Source: Geopsychrobacteraceae bacterium (GTDB lineage Bacteria > Desulfobacterota > Desulfuromonadia > Desulfuromonadales > Geopsychrobacteraceae). Taken from it: a stretch of 64,000 nt of DNA. Numbering within the stretch: position 1 is the stretch's first letter; each line of letters opens with the position of its first letter. Under the pieces are notes generated by a model. The model saw only the letters and a list, made by a program, of their open reading frames with translations, was not told the DNA's origin and did not search any database. The position numbers and the translations under genes are program-made. Location of the stretch: assembly GCA_963676795.2 (NCBI GenBank), contig CAXXTB010000002.1:1088001-1152000 (forward strand). The letters are read 5' to 3'. Of the stretch, positions 21,412 to 30,016 are shown one piece after another.

Positions 21412-22207
21412 ACAACGTATTCTGACAGCAGCCGTTGCCGTACCGCTGCTGATACTTCTGGTTGTTTTTGGTTCGCCACTGATTTTTGCAGCGGTTGTCG
21501 CCGTGGCGCTGTTTCTTGGTCAGCTTGAATTCAATCGCATGTCTCTGGGGGCGGCACAGCAGCTGCCGCAGATCGTCGCTGCGCTTGCCGGAACAACCAT
21601 TGTTCCGCTGCTCTACTTTCATCAGCAGGCTCTGCTTCTTCCCTGGGCTGTCTGTATCTTTTTGCTGCTGGCCCTGGTTTTTCTCTATCGGTTCAAAACC
21701 CTGACAGGGATTCATAACCAGTTCGGCTGGATCTGTCTCGGTCTGTTTTATCTGCCCGTTCTTTTCGGTCATTTGCTGTTGCTGCGCTTGGAGCCCTTCG
21801 GGCGGCAGTGGATTTTTCTGACCATGATGACGGTCATGTTCTGCGATTCTTTTGCCTATTTTGTCGGGCGCAAAATCGGACGTCACAAGCTCTACCCCTC
21901 GGTGAGCCCGAACAAGAGCGTTGAGGGCGGTATCGCCGGTCTGGTTGGTTCGGTCATTGCGGTGTTTATCGCCAAGGCTCTGTTTCTTCCTCAGATCGGC
22001 TGGCTGGACGGTTTAATCATGGGAGTAATCGTCAGTCTGCTCGGACAGTCAGGGGATCTGTTTGAGTCGCTCCTCAAGCGCGCCTGCGGTGTCAAGGATT
22101 CTGGCACCATGATTCCTGGCCACGGTGGTCTGCTCGACCGTCTCGATAGTCTTCTGTTTGCCTTCCCGGTGATGTACTACATTGTCAAATACGGTTACGG
22201 AGGCTGA
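21407..22207 (+). CDS. cdsA: Phosphatidate cytidylyltransferase, apparent ATT start
   Basis: SPNKSVEG, GDLFESLLKR..GVKDSG..IPGHGGLLDRLDS; the frame extends to ATT 21407 giving (M)KQRILTAAV, 7 nt after AAGGAG. Confidence 0.9.
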   Translation: MKQRILTAAVAVPLLILLVVFGSPLIFAAVVAVALFLGQLEFNRMSLGAAQQLPQIVAALAGTTIVPLLYFHQQALLLPWAVCIFLLLALVFLYRFKTLTGIHNQFGWICLGLFYLPVLFGHLLLLRLEPFGRQWIFLTMMTVMFCDSFAYFVGRKIGRHKLYPSVSPNKSVEGGIAGLVGSVIAVFIAKALFLPQIGWLDGLIMGVIVSLLGQSGDLFESLLKRACGVKDSGTMIPGHGGLLDRLDSLLFAFPVMYYIVKYGYGG

Positions 22208-22215
22208 GCCGTCGT

Positions 22216-23376
22216 TTGAAAACGCTGTCAATCCTTGGTTCAACAGGGTCGATCGGGGTCAGTACCCTGGAGATCGTCGCTGCTTTTCCCGACAAATATC
22301 GCGTTGCGGCGCTGACCGCCGGGCGGAATATCGATCTGCTTCAACGTCAGATCGAACTGTTCCGACCTCAACTGGCGGCTGTGCTCAACGAAGCAGATGC
22401 GCAGCGTCTGCGCGAACGCATAGCTGATCCGGCTGTTGAAATTGTCTGCGGAGTTGCCGGCTTGGTCCGCTGTGCGACACTGGCTGACGCGGATATGCTG
22501 GTTGCTGCAGTTGTCGGTGCCGCCGGCCTGATTCCGACCTTGGCTGCAATCAGGGCAGGCAAAGACGTTGCTCTGGCCAACAAGGAAACCCTGGTTATGG
22601 CCGGTGAGTTGGTCATGCGCGAAGTTGCCAGTCGGCAGGTGCGGCTGTTGCCGATCGACAGCGAGCATTCGGCGATCTTTCAGGCACTGGCCGGGCAGCG
22701 TCGCGAGGATGTCCGGAAGCTCATCCTGACAGCCTCCGGAGGCCCTTTCCTTGACTGGGATATCAGCCGTTTCGATGCCATTACCCCTGCAGCCGCACTG
22801 GCTCATCCTAACTGGGATATGGGGCGCAAGATCTCTATCGATTCCGCCACCATGATGAACAAGGGGCTGGAGGTTATCGAAGCCTTCTGGTTGTTCGGTT
22901 TTTCGGGCGATATGATTGACGTTCTGGTTCATCCACAGAGTATCGTCCATTCGATGGTGGAGTATCGCGACGGTTCGGTCGTTGCGCAGCTGGGTGCGCC
23001 GGATATGAAGACGCCGATCGCCTACGCATTATCCTGGCCGGAGCGCCTCGATCTGCCTCTGCCGCCACTTGATTTGTGTCAGACCGCTCAATTATCATTT
23101 GCACATCCGGATACTCAGCGTTTCCCCTGCCTTGACCTGGCTTTTCAGGCCCTGAGGCAAGGCGGGACGGCTCCGGCTGTCCTCAATGCGGCCAATGAGG
23201 TTGCCGTCGAGGCTTTTTTGAACAGTCAGTTATCGTTTGTCGAGATTCCACATTTGATTGAAACAGTGTTGGAGTCTCACCGGCCTGAGCCATTGACGAC
23301 AGTCGAGCAGGTTCTGCAGATTGACTTGTGGGCACGTGCTGAAGCCAGGAACAGGCTCCAGGGAGGTTTTGCATGA
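22216..23376 (+). CDS. dxr: 1-deoxy-D-xylulose 5-phosphate reductoisomerase (TTG start)
   Basis: LGSTGSIG, LANKE, PIDSEHSAIFQ, HPNWDMGRKISIDSATMMNKGLE. Confidence 0.98.
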   Translation: MKTLSILGSTGSIGVSTLEIVAAFPDKYRVAALTAGRNIDLLQRQIELFRPQLAAVLNEADAQRLRERIADPAVEIVCGVAGLVRCATLADADMLVAAVVGAAGLIPTLAAIRAGKDVALANKETLVMAGELVMREVASRQVRLLPIDSEHSAIFQALAGQRREDVRKLILTASGGPFLDWDISRFDAITPAAALAHPNWDMGRKISIDSATMMNKGLEVIEAFWLFGFSGDMIDVLVHPQSIVHSMVEYRDGSVVAQLGAPDMKTPIAYALSWPERLDLPLPPLDLCQTAQLSFAHPDTQRFPCLDLAFQALRQGGTAPAVLNAANEVAVEAFLNSQLSFVEIPHLIETVLESHRPEPLTTVEQVLQIDLWARAEARNRLQGGFA

Positions 23377-24710
23377 TTACAGTTGTTGCCGGCATTCTGA
23401 TGCTCGGTGTTCTGGTCTTCGTTCACGAACTGGGGCATTTCGTTGTTGCCAAGCTGTGTGGCGTCAAGGTCCTGAAGTTTTCCCTCGGTTTCGGACCGAA
23501 GATCGTTGCCAAGCAGTATGGTGAAACCACCTATCAGCTCAGTGTCATTCCGCTTGGCGGCTATGTGCAGATGCTCGGCGAGGGGAACGGCGATCAGGGG
23601 GAGGGCTCTGAGCCGGAAGCGGCTGAGGCGCAGAGGTCTTTTGCCAACAAGCCGCTTTCCAGACGGCTGGCGATTGTTGCAGCCGGGCCGATTACCAATC
23701 TTGTCTTCCCCCTGATTGTTCTGCCGATCTCCTTTATGATCGGTGTTCAGATGCCGACCTATCTCGAAAAACCGGCAATGGTCGGCTATGTCGTTCCTGA
23801 GTCTCCGGCCGCTGTGCACGGTTTTCTGGCAGGCGACCTGATCCTGCAGGTCAACCAGGAGCCGGTTGCCAGCTGGAACGAGACCAATAAAAGTTTCGTC
23901 AACGAAGCCGGTTCGGCTCTGATTTTCAGTATTGCACGGGCTGATGAGCGGATTGAGCTGACCCTTCCCAAGGATAATGACAGCCTCGAGGGCCTCCAGG
24001 CGCTGGGCGTGTTGCCGGAACAGGCGCCGAGGGTCGGTGCCCTGGCTCCGGGGATGCCGGCTTCGATTGCCGGCCTGCAGGCGGGCGATCTTATTCTGAG
24101 CGTTGGCGGGCAAGAGATCTTGTCTTGGTATCAACTCTCCGGGGTCATTCAGGACATCGGCGCGGTTGAGACCGAGGTGGTGATCGAGCGCAGCGGCCAG
24201 CGACTGAGGGTGCAGGTCAAGCCGGCTCAGTCAGATGGACAGGGGAACTATCTGCTCGGTATCGGTCCCCAGACCGAGGTGGTGACTCAGCGTTATGGGC
24301 TGGGGGCTGCCATCCGCCAGGGTGCTCAGCGAACCTGGGAGCTGATCGATCTGACGGTCGTCTTTGTCAAGAAGATGTTTACCGGCAGTGTTTCCGCCAA
24401 GAACGTCGGAGGCCCGATTACCGTTGTCCAGGTTGCGGGGCAGGCGGCCCAATCCGGGATTTCTGCAATTTTTTCCGTCCTGGCCTTTATTTCCATTCAG
24501 TTGGGCATCCTGAATCTGTTGCCAATTCCGATTCTGGATGGCGGTCATATCCTCTTCTATCTGATCGAGATCATCTTCCGCCGCCCGGTATCCTTCCGGG
24601 TCAGGGAGATCTCGCAGCAGGTCGGCATGGCTCTGCTGCTGTTACTGATGGTCCTGGCTTTTTATAACGATATCGACCGCATTGTCGGTTTTTCGAGGCT
24701 GTTTGGTTGA
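23373..24710 (+). CDS. rseP: RIP metalloprotease RseP
   Basis: HELGH, FSLGFG, two PDZ domains, NLLPIPILDGGH. Confidence 0.96.
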   Translation: MITVVAGILMLGVLVFVHELGHFVVAKLCGVKVLKFSLGFGPKIVAKQYGETTYQLSVIPLGGYVQMLGEGNGDQGEGSEPEAAEAQRSFANKPLSRRLAIVAAGPITNLVFPLIVLPISFMIGVQMPTYLEKPAMVGYVVPESPAAVHGFLAGDLILQVNQEPVASWNETNKSFVNEAGSALIFSIARADERIELTLPKDNDSLEGLQALGVLPEQAPRVGALAPGMPASIAGLQAGDLILSVGGQEILSWYQLSGVIQDIGAVETEVVIERSGQRLRVQVKPAQSDGQGNYLLGIGPQTEVVTQRYGLGAAIRQGAQRTWELIDLTVVFVKKMFTGSVSAKNVGGPITVVQVAGQAAQSGISAIFSVLAFISIQLGILNLLPIPILDGGHILFYLIEIIFRRPVSFRVREISQQVGMALLLLLMVLAFYNDIDRIVGFSRLFG

Positions 24711-25435
24711 TGATGGCGAATGATTTACGCGTTCTGGCCCTTGATAGCTCGTCTCTGACCGGCAGTATCGCCCTCTGTCAGGGGGATGTTCTGGTTGCGG
24801 AATCGCTGTTGAATGTGCGCAGCACTCACAGTGAAAAGTTGCTTCAGCAGATCGACTTGCTGCTGGGTGAAGCTGGCTGGACTCTCGCTGACATCGACCT
24901 GTATGCGGTTGTTACGGGTCCAGGCTCCTTCACCGGGCTGCGTATCGGTCTGGCAACGGTCAATGGCCTGGCCCAGGTTCATGGCAGACCCGTTGTCGGT
25001 GTGACCTCGCTGGCGGCGGTGGCGATGAATCTGCCGTTGCTTGCAGATCCGTTCTGTGTCTTTCTGGATGCCCGCAAAAAAGAGGTCTATGCTCAGCTTT
25101 TTCAGTGGCGGGAGGGTCGGCTGACCGCTTTGGGTGAGCCGACGGTCTGTCCACCTCGGGACTTACTGGAGAGTCTGGATTTGCGCAGCGTCGCCCTTGT
25201 CGGCGATGGGGTGCGGCTCTACCGGTCACTGATCGACGAACAGCTTGGCGCGAGGGCTCAGATACCGCCTTCCTGCAGTCATCAGATCCGGGCTGCCAGT
25301 GCTGCCTGGCTGGCTCTGCTTGATTATGGTCAGAGAGGCGGAAAATGTATTGAAATTCCGCTTCCGACCTATGTCAGACCTTCAGATGCCGAGCTGAATT
25401 TGCACGCCAAGGCGAGTTGTTCTTCAGGGGGTTAA
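24710..25435 (+). CDS. tsaB: t6A37 biosynthesis subunit TsaB
   Basis: HSEKLL, GPGSFTGLRIG, DARKKEVY, PTYVRPSDAE. Confidence 0.94.
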   Translation: MMANDLRVLALDSSSLTGSIALCQGDVLVAESLLNVRSTHSEKLLQQIDLLLGEAGWTLADIDLYAVVTGPGSFTGLRIGLATVNGLAQVHGRPVVGVTSLAAVAMNLPLLADPFCVFLDARKKEVYAQLFQWREGRLTALGEPTVCPPRDLLESLDLRSVALVGDGVRLYRSLIDEQLGARAQIPPSCSHQIRAASAAWLALLDYGQRGGKCIEIPLPTYVRPSDAELNLHAKASCSSGG

Positions 25436-25507
25436 TAGTTGACAATTCGGCTTCGATTTGGTTAATTGAAAGCGTCATTTTCACACATTCTTAAAGCGGA
25501 GGAGCCA

Positions 25508-25726
25508 ATGGAAATTGAACAGTCTCTGTTGCAGGACCTAATCGAAACAAATCCCCGTTTCCGCATGCTTTACGAAGAACACAGTATTTTTGAGAAACAG
25601 CTTGACGCGTATGAGAATAAGTCCTATCTCTCCCCTCAGGAAGAACTCGAAGTGTCTAAAGTGAAAAAATTGAAACTGGCCGGCCGTGACGAGATGGAAA
25701 GGATTGTGCAATCTGCTCATGCCTGA
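25508..25726 (+). CDS. DUF465/YdcH-family small protein
   Basis: FRMLYEEH...LSPQEE...KKLKLAGRD; GGAGGAG RBS. Confidence 0.8.
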   Translation: MEIEQSLLQDLIETNPRFRMLYEEHSIFEKQLDAYENKSYLSPQEELEVSKVKKLKLAGRDEMERIVQSAHA

Positions 25727-25746
25727 TCCCTGTCTTGACATGGGGT

Positions 25747-25800
25747 GAAAGATACAGCAAAGGGTTTAAGCTGCGGCTTAAACCCTTTGCTGTATCTTTC
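25747..25800. repeat. Perfect 25-bp inverted repeat with a 4-nt loop, upstream of ilvB
   Basis: GAAAGATACAGCAAAGGGTTTAAGC-tgcg-GCTTAAACCCTTTGCTGTATCTTTC. Confidence 0.95.
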
Positions 25801-25901
25801 TGTCCCTATCGAAGCACTGTCTGCCGGTGTTTATGATAGATGGCATGTAAGCAACTCTTTGAAACGGTAACTCAATCACACGAAATATATAGGAACTCAA
25901 G

Positions 25902-27599
25902 ATGGAATTAACCGGATCCCAGATCCTCCTCGAAGCGCTTAAGTGTGAAGGTGTTGAAACAATTTTCGGCTATCCGGGTGGCGCTGTCATCAATATCTAC
26001 GATGATCTGTATGACTGCTCTATCAATCATATTATGACCCGTCACGAACAGGCGGCCGTTCATGCTGCAGACGGTTATGCCCGGTGTACCGGAAAGGTGG
26101 GCGTCGCTCTTGCGACCAGCGGCCCTGGTGCGACCAACACGGTAACCGGTATTGCGACCGCTTATATGGATTCGATCCCGATGGTTATCATTACCGGTCA
26201 GGTGCCGACCCCGCTGATTGGCAATGACGCTTTTCAGGAGGCGGATATGTGCGGGATTACCCGTCCCTGCACCAAGCACAACTTCCTGGTCAAGGATGTG
26301 CGCGATCTGGCCAAAACCATCAAGGAAGCCTTTTATATCGCCCGGACCGGACGCCCGGGACCGGTTCTGGTCGATCTGCCGAAAGACGTACAGATCAGCA
26401 AGTGCAGGTTCGTTTATCCGGATACTGTCAGCCTGCGTGGCTATAAGCCGACCTACAGCGGCAATCCGCGTCAGATCGAAAAAGCTGCCAGGATGATGGC
26501 TCAGGCGCAGCGGCCGGTGCTCTATATCGGCGGCGGTATCAACCTGTCCGGAGCCAATGAGGAGCTGCGCAGGCTTGCCGAGATGACCAGAATTCCGGTG
26601 ACGACAACCCTGATGGCGATGTCGGCATTTCCCCAGCGGCACGAACTGGCGCTTGGTATGCTCGGTATGCATGGAACCTTTTATGCCAATATGTCGGTGA
26701 CAGAATGTGATCTGCTGATAGCCGTCGGCGCCCGTTTCGACGATCGTGTTACGGGTCGGATTGACTGTTTTGCCGACAAGGCAAAAATTATTCATGTCGA
26801 TATCGACCCGACAACGATTCGCAAGAACGTCGAAGTCGATCTGCCGATCGTCGGCGACCTGAAGGATGTGCTCGGCAAGCTTTGTCAATGCCTTGAGCAG
26901 GCACCGGATCAGTTGGAAGCGCTGCAGCAGACAACTGAAACCTGGCGTGCCACTATCGCAGGGTGGAAAGAGAGCCATCCAATGTCCTATCGTTCGACCA
27001 AGTCGATCATTAAGCCGCAGTATGTTATCGAAAAGCTGCGTGAACTGACTGATGATGACGCGATAATAACCACAGAGGTCGGTCAGCACCAGATGTGGAC
27101 CGCCCAGTTCTTCAGCTTCAGCCAGCCGCGGACCTTCCTGACCTCGGGTGGTCTGGGGACCATGGGCTTCGGCCTGCCGGCGGCACTTGGCGCCCAGGCT
27201 GCCTATCCGGAGCGGCAGGTTATCGATATTTCTGGTGACGGATCGTTTCAGATGAACTCTCAGGAACTCGCTACCCTGGTTCAGTACGGTCTGCCGGTCA
27301 AGATTGCCATTCTCAATAATAACTATCTGGGGATGGTGCGTCAGTGGCAGCAGTTGTTTTTCGACAAGCGCTACAGTCAGACTCCGATGGAGCTGCCGAT
27401 CGATTTCGTCAAGCTTGCTGAGGCCTACGGCGCTACCGGTCTGCAGGCAACCAAGGTCGAAGAGGTTGAAGAGGTGATCCGTAAGGCACTGGCAACGCCG
27501 GGTCCCGTACTGATGAACTTCAAGGTCGCCCGCGATGAAAATGTCATGCCGATGGTTCCTGCCGGCAAGGCGATTCATGAGATGGTTCTGGCATCCTGA
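25902..27599 (+). CDS. ilvB: Acetolactate synthase large subunit
   Basis: [42 protein letters not shown]. Confidence 0.97.
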   Translation: MELTGSQILLEALKCEGVETIFGYPGGAVINIYDDLYDCSINHIMTRHEQAAVHAADGYARCTGKVGVALATSGPGATNTVTGIATAYMDSIPMVIITGQVPTPLIGNDAFQEADMCGITRPCTKHNFLVKDVRDLAKTIKEAFYIARTGRPGPVLVDLPKDVQISKCRFVYPDTVSLRGYKPTYSGNPRQIEKAARMMAQAQRPVLYIGGGINLSGANEELRRLAEMTRIPVTTTLMAMSAFPQRHELALGMLGMHGTFYANMSVTECDLLIAVGARFDDRVTGRIDCFADKAKIIHVDIDPTTIRKNVEVDLPIVGDLKDVLGKLCQCLEQAPDQLEALQQTTETWRATIAGWKESHPMSYRSTKSIIKPQYVIEKLRELTDDDAIITTEVGQHQMWTAQFFSFSQPRTFLTSGGLGTMGFGLPAALGAQAAYPERQVIDISGDGSFQMNSQELATLVQYGLPVKIAILNNNYLGMVRQWQQLFFDKRYSQTPMELPIDFVKLAEAYGATGLQATKVEEVEEVIRKALATPGPVLMNFKVARDENVMPMVPAGKAIHEMVLAS

Positions 27600-27639
27600 T
27601 CTTTTTAATACGACCCGCTGTTGGGTTGGAGGCATTTAG

Positions 27640-28128
27640 ATGAAACACACGATTTCTGTTCTTGTTGAAAATGAATTCGGCGCCCTGTCACGTATCTCCG
27701 GGCTGTTTTCCGGGCGGGGCTTCAATATCGAGAGTCTCTCCGTGGCTCCGACGCTCGATCCGGAAGTCTCCCGCATGACGATTGTCACCAGGGGGGATGA
27801 CCGGATTCTGGAGCAGATCACCAAGCAGCTCAACAAGCTGATTTCAACGATCAAGGTTGTTGATTTTACCGGAGAAGATTTCCTCGAACGGGAGCTGGCG
27901 CTGATCAAGGTATCGACAGATGCCGAGAACCGTGCTGAAGCACTGAGGATTGTCGACATTTTCAGGGCCAAGGTCGTTGATGTGACACCGAAGTCCTATA
28001 CCATCGAGATTACCGGCGCTCCGGCCAAGGTCGACGGCATTATCGAGCTGCTGCGTCCAATGGGAATCAAGGAGATTGTTCGTTCCGGCCCGATTGCTAT
28101 CGGTCGTGCCAAGACTGTCGCTGGTTAA
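27640..28128 (+). CDS. ilvN: Acetolactate synthase small (regulatory) subunit
   Basis: VLVENEFGALSRISGLFSGRGFNIESL ACT domain, QITKQLNKL. Confidence 0.97.
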   Translation: MKHTISVLVENEFGALSRISGLFSGRGFNIESLSVAPTLDPEVSRMTIVTRGDDRILEQITKQLNKLISTIKVVDFTGEDFLERELALIKVSTDAENRAEALRIVDIFRAKVVDVTPKSYTIEITGAPAKVDGIIELLRPMGIKEIVRSGPIAIGRAKTVAG

Positions 28129-28156
28129 TGCAACCTTTACCCGAAAGAGTTCCGCA

Positions 28157-28801
28157 ATGAAAAATCAGAACCAACCCATTGCCCTGGAAGGCTACCCCTT
28201 CATCGGCCTGTTCGCCTTCATTACGCTGGTTTTTGCACTGCTGGGATGGACCCTTCTGACCATTCTCCTGCTGGCGCTGACATTGTTCAGTGTCTACTTT
28301 TTCCGCAACCCGGAGCGCGTCGTTCCGGCCGGAGACAAGCTGGTCGTTGCCCCGGCTGATGGCAAGGTGATTTTCGTCGGTGAGGTCGATGAGGATCGCT
28401 ACTTCAATGAGCGGGTCACCAAGGTCAGTATTTTTATGTCGGTTTTCAACGTTCACGTCAACCGGGTCCCCTGCTCGGGCAAGGTTGTAGATATGTTCTA
28501 CAACAAGGGGCAGTTCGTCAATGCCTCCTATGACAAGGCGAGCAAGGTCAATGAGCAGTCGGGCATCCTGCTCGAAGCTGAGAACGGAGAGCAGATTCTT
28601 TTCGTTCAGATCGCCGGCCTGATCGCACGGCGGATTGTCACCTATCCTGTCATCGGTGATCTGCTGAAACGCGGTGAGCGTTACGGGCTGATCCGTTTCG
28701 GCTCGCGCGTAGATCTCTATTTCCCCAAGACCGTTGATGTTGCCGTAACCCTCGGTGAGCATACTGTCGCCGGCGAAACGGTTATAGGGACGCTATCGTG
28801 A
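28157..28801 (+). CDS. psd: Phosphatidylserine decarboxylase proenzyme
   Basis: FFRNPER, APADG, FMSVFNVHVNR, QIAGLIARRI, RFGSRVD cleavage site. Confidence 0.93.
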   Translation: MKNQNQPIALEGYPFIGLFAFITLVFALLGWTLLTILLLALTLFSVYFFRNPERVVPAGDKLVVAPADGKVIFVGEVDEDRYFNERVTKVSIFMSVFNVHVNRVPCSGKVVDMFYNKGQFVNASYDKASKVNEQSGILLEAENGEQILFVQIAGLIARRIVTYPVIGDLLKRGERYGLIRFGSRVDLYFPKTVDVAVTLGEHTVAGETVIGTLS

Positions 28802-29604
28802 TCGATGATACTTCGAAAACTGAAAAACGCGAAAATTTGCGCAAGGGTGTCTATATCCTGCCCAACTTGATTACTGCCTGCGGCCTGTTTTCAGGTTTTT
28901 ATGTCATTATTGCCGCGACGGACGGTAATTTTCTGCGCGCAGCCTGGTTTATTCTGCTGGCCGCTATTTTCGATGGCATGGATGGCAAGGTTGCCCGTCT
29001 GACCGGGACCTCAAGCAAGTTCGGTGTGGAGCTGGACTCCCTCGCTGACGTCATTGCCTTTGGTGTGGCGCCGGGTGTGCTGCTCTATGTCTGGGCTCTG
29101 CGCCCCTTCGGTAAGCTCGGCTGGCTGGCGGCCTTTATCTACGTTATCTGTGGGGCGCTGCGCCTGGCCCGCTTTAACGTCCAGGTGGCAACGGTTGAGT
29201 CGCGGCGTTTTGTCGGCATGCCGATCCCCGGGGCCGCCTGTATTGTCGCCACCTGCGTTTTGTTGTTTTACGAGCTTGGCGGAACGGGCACTATCAAGAA
29301 GTTCTCGATGGTCGTGCTGGTCTTCCTGCTTGCTTTCCTGATGGTCAGCAATGTCAAGTATTTTTCCCTTAAAGATCCGGAGCTGTTCAAGCGTCAGCCG
29401 TTCATTATGCTGGTTCTGGCGATCGTTCTGCTAATCGTAATTGTCGCCAAGCCGGAGGTGGTGCTGTTTCTGATCGGTATGGCGTATCTGGTGTCGGGGC
29501 CGATCATGTATCTGTTTGATTTGCGTAAACGCCAACGCAGGCGCAAGGATCCGACGGATAAGGAACCGCCGTCGGCGGCGCAGCAACCAGATAAAATGAC
29601 TTGA
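28798..29604 (+). CDS. pssA: CDP-diacylglycerol-serine O-phosphatidyltransferase
   Basis: LPNLIT, DGMDGKVAR...FGVELDSLADVIAFGVAP, RLARFN. Confidence 0.95.
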   Translation: MIDDTSKTEKRENLRKGVYILPNLITACGLFSGFYVIIAATDGNFLRAAWFILLAAIFDGMDGKVARLTGTSSKFGVELDSLADVIAFGVAPGVLLYVWALRPFGKLGWLAAFIYVICGALRLARFNVQVATVESRRFVGMPIPGAACIVATCVLLFYELGGTGTIKKFSMVVLVFLLAFLMVSNVKYFSLKDPELFKRQPFIMLVLAIVLLIVIVAKPEVVLFLIGMAYLVSGPIMYLFDLRKRQRRRKDPTDKEPPSAAQQPDKMT

Positions 29605-29643
29605 CTTGGCGGGGCGAATTAGGGTTCTATCACTTTGTTGTGC

Positions 29644-29888
29644 AAATGCGATGAAGAGGAGTAGTAGGTGTTTCCTTCCGTTTCAGAGAGCCGGTGGTTG
29701 CTGCAAACCGGTACGGAAGACCGCTGAACTCGCCTTGGAGCAGCAGTGAATGAAGCCTTTGGTTAGTTCCTGTCGTGAGCCTGCGTAAAGGGCTAAACAA
29801 GGTTTGCGGCTCAGGCTGCGAACAAATCAGGGTGGTACCGCGAAGTGAAGCTCTCGCCCCTGTCTGACAGGGGGAGGGCTTTTTTATT
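29644..29888 (+). promoter_or_regulatory. T-box riboswitch with a Leu (CUC) specifier, upstream of leuA
   Basis: Stem I with GA motif, AGTA, AGAGA bulge and GCTG apical loop; specifier GAA-CTC (CTC at 29729-29731); T-box AGGGTGGTACCGCG at 29829-29842; CGCCCCT antiterminator strand; terminator hairpin plus T tract. Confidence 0.92.
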
Positions 29889-30016
29889 ATCTCGAAGACG
29901 AAAGGGGGTGGTTCTGAAGTGGAATCCGACCTGGGTGAGCTAGAAAACGGAACAACGTGGAGAAACCTCGAACTGCCCCGAACAAAATGATGGGCTGCTG
30001 AACAAAGGAGTCTGAC

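Noticed and set aside
25801..25901. Attenuator leader peptide for ilvBN
   Set aside because: The short ORFs here are not enriched in Ile/Leu/Val codons and there is no terminator/antiterminator pair next to ilvB.
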